Below, piece after piece: positions 62,070 through 64,000 of a DNA stretch of 64,000 nucleotides (position 1 is the first letter of the stretch; each line of letters begins with the position of its first letter). The stretch is from Octopus bimaculoides. Lineage: Eukaryota. Under the pieces are notes generated by a model. The model did not search any database and was not told where the DNA came from. It saw only the letters and a program-made list of their open reading frames with translations. The position numbers and the translations under genes were made by a program. The stretch spans positions 19,449,254 to 19,513,253 of the forward strand of contig NC_068985.1 of NCBI RefSeq assembly GCF_001194135.2, given 5' to 3'.

Positions 62070-63065
62070 TGCCTCTACTTAGAATTTCTTCATTTACTGC
62101 TAAGCTGTCCAAATTTTTAGGGGATAAGAATACTCTATTTTTCATTTCTTCTGCTGTACAATTGTCAAATATATCAGATACCAAAGAATTGTTACATGTG
62201 CATGCCTCAGGAATATCAATAGTATCTTCTGTGAGATTATCAAGAGAGCTTTGAAGAAATCCACTTTCAAGGTGTAGTAGCCACCTCAAAGACTCTTATT
62301 CATTTGCTTTTGTTCTCATGAGAGTTGTATTTCATGAAAATTATCCCACATAGAGGAGTGTTTGAGGCAGGCATAAAGTACAGCTTCAGGAGGAGATCTG
62401 GGAACAACTGGAAGAACTTGTCTACAATCTCCGCCTAATACGATAATTTCCCCCACCAAATGTACTATTACTATTCATAATATCTCTTAAACAATTATCT
62501 ATGGCTTTCAAAATATGAACTGGTATCATTGAAGCTTCTCTGTTACTCTTTTACTTGTTTCAGTCATTTGACTGCGGCCATGCTGGAGCACCGCCTTTAG
62601 TCGAGCAAATCGACCCCAGGACTTATTCTTTGGATGCCTAGTACTTATTCTATCAGTCTCTTTTGCCGTACCGCAAAGTTACGGGGACTTAAACACACCA
62701 CCATCGGTTGTCAAGCGATGTTGGGGGGACAAACACAGACACAAAGATATACACACATATACATATATATACGACAGGCTTCTTTCAGTTTCCGTCTACC
62801 AAATCCACTCACAAGGCGTTGGTCGGCCCGAGGCTAGAGTAGAAGACACTTACCCAAGGTGCCACGCAGTGGGAATGAACCTGGAACCATGTGGTTGGTA
62901 AGCTAGCTACTTACCACACAGCCATGAAGATTTTACTCGCCTAAGAATTTGGTGAAACATTGCACACACTTGTTTCCCTCAAAGGAATTGGAAGCTTGAA
63001 TATACTGTGAAGAGTTTCACCACCTTTCAAGAGTGTTGCAGCAATGCCAGTCCAGAAGCCAAGGG
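62070..63065 (-). pseudogene. Helitron PIF1-like helicase fragment, split by a SINE
   Basis: Reverse strand: WTGIAATLLKGGETLHSIFKLPIPL | SINE | EASMIPVHILKAIDNCLRDIM..FGGEIIVLGGDCRQVLPVVP..ACLKHSSMW..WLLHLESG..RVFLSPKN..NEEIL. Confidence 0.9.
62543..62925 (-). mobile_element. Young tRNA-derived SINE inserted in the Helitron helicase
   Basis: Reverse complement of the 29550-29945 family. Confidence 0.92.
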
Positions 63066-63250
63066 AAATAACTCGAATTTAATCCTGACTTATCTTTCTC
63101 AGTGTGACAAACACCAACGGTACATTCTTTTTTAAAATAATATACATGTCTAAAAGATGGTTCTTTCTTCTATGTATTAATACACTTTTACAGTCAGTGT
63201 TTGTCATGCTAAGGGAGATAAGTCAGGATTAAATTTGAGTTATTTCTCTT
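63061..63250. mobile_element. MITE-like element with ~54 bp terminal inverted repeats
   Basis: aagggaaataactcgaatttaatcctgacttatct...agataagtcaggattaaatttgagttatttctctt. Confidence 0.75.
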
Positions 63251-63415
63251 AGTGTGACAAACACCGATGGTACAAGCATATTAATATATAGATTGTAACT
63301 CCTTTCCTGCAATATATCATTGCCACTCAAATACAGTAACTAGCTGTTACTTACTGTCTCTGTGTGTGTCTTGGAACAGCTTGTATAAAAGCAATGCAAT
63401 AACAACAACAATGGA

Positions 63416-63464
<49 letters not shown>

Positions 63465-63466
<2 letters not shown>

Positions 63467-64000
63467 CTTTTCTACTATAAGCACAAGGCCTAAAATTTGT
63501 GAGGAGGGAGTAAGTTGATTACATTGACCTCAGTGCTGAACTGGTATTTATTTTACTGACCCTGAAAGGATGACAGGCAAAGCTGACCCTGGCACCATTT
63601 GAACTTGGAACATGAAGATAATAAAAATCCTTTCTACTATAGGTACGAGGCCTGAAATTTTAAGGGAGGTTGTAGTCAATTACATCAACCCCAGTGCTCA
63701 ATTGGTAGTTATCTCATCAACCCCAAGAGGAAGAAAGGCGAAGTCAACCTCAGTGGTATTTGAACTCAGAATGTAAAGACAGATGAAATACCACTAAGCA
63801 TTTTGTCTAGTGTGCTAACTATTCTACCAGCTCACCACCTTAATAATAACAATAATAATAAAATCTAAGTTAGGTACAAGGCCAGCAATTTTGAGGGGAA
63901 GGGATTAATCAATACCACCAACCCTAGTACTTAAGTTTATTGGCCCCAAAAAGATAAAAGGCACAGTTGAGCTTGTCAAGATTTGAATTTAGAACAAAGA
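63465..64000 (-). mobile_element. Head-to-tail array of three tRNA-derived SINE copies after (AAT)n
   Basis: Units start ttctactata/acaaggcc at ~63465, 63628 and 63875; same family as 21845-22775. Confidence 0.8.

Noticed and set aside
58078-64000. Search for the GDPD start-codon exon
   Set aside because: No stop-free, splice-bounded segment resembling the GDE2 N-terminus was found; it probably lies beyond the window

Overview
AT-rich, repeat-dense metazoan genomic DNA with nine N-gaps. The tRNA-SINE, RTE-tail and microsatellite repertoire looks like a coleoid cephalopod (Octopus-type draft assembly); this is an inference, not a database match. Most ORFs in the supplied track are microsatellite, gap or transposon artefacts. 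The one real host gene is on the minus strand: a multi-pass membrane glycerophosphodiester phosphodiesterase of the GDE2/GDE3/GDE6 (GDPD5/GDPD2/GDPD4) subfamily. I reconstructed it by hand as 12 phase-compatible GT-AG exons from 58077 down into the 18981-19437 gap. The start-codon exon was not found in the window, and a frame-preserving 54-nt candidate cassette exon lies at 19873-19926. The introns and downstream flank hold decayed mobile DNA: a full-length mariner, a second mariner remnant, a Tc1, RTE and R4/Dong LINE fragments, a SINE-interrupted Helitron helicase, a non-autonomous Helitron 3' end, several MITE families and many SINEs. The most notable unexplained structures are two ~320-350 bp near-complete palindromes downstream of the gene, decayed hammerhead-like motifs, head-to-tail SINE arrays, and a ~1 kb tandem duplication that is probably an assembly artefact. 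I found no convincing novel multi-gene system.
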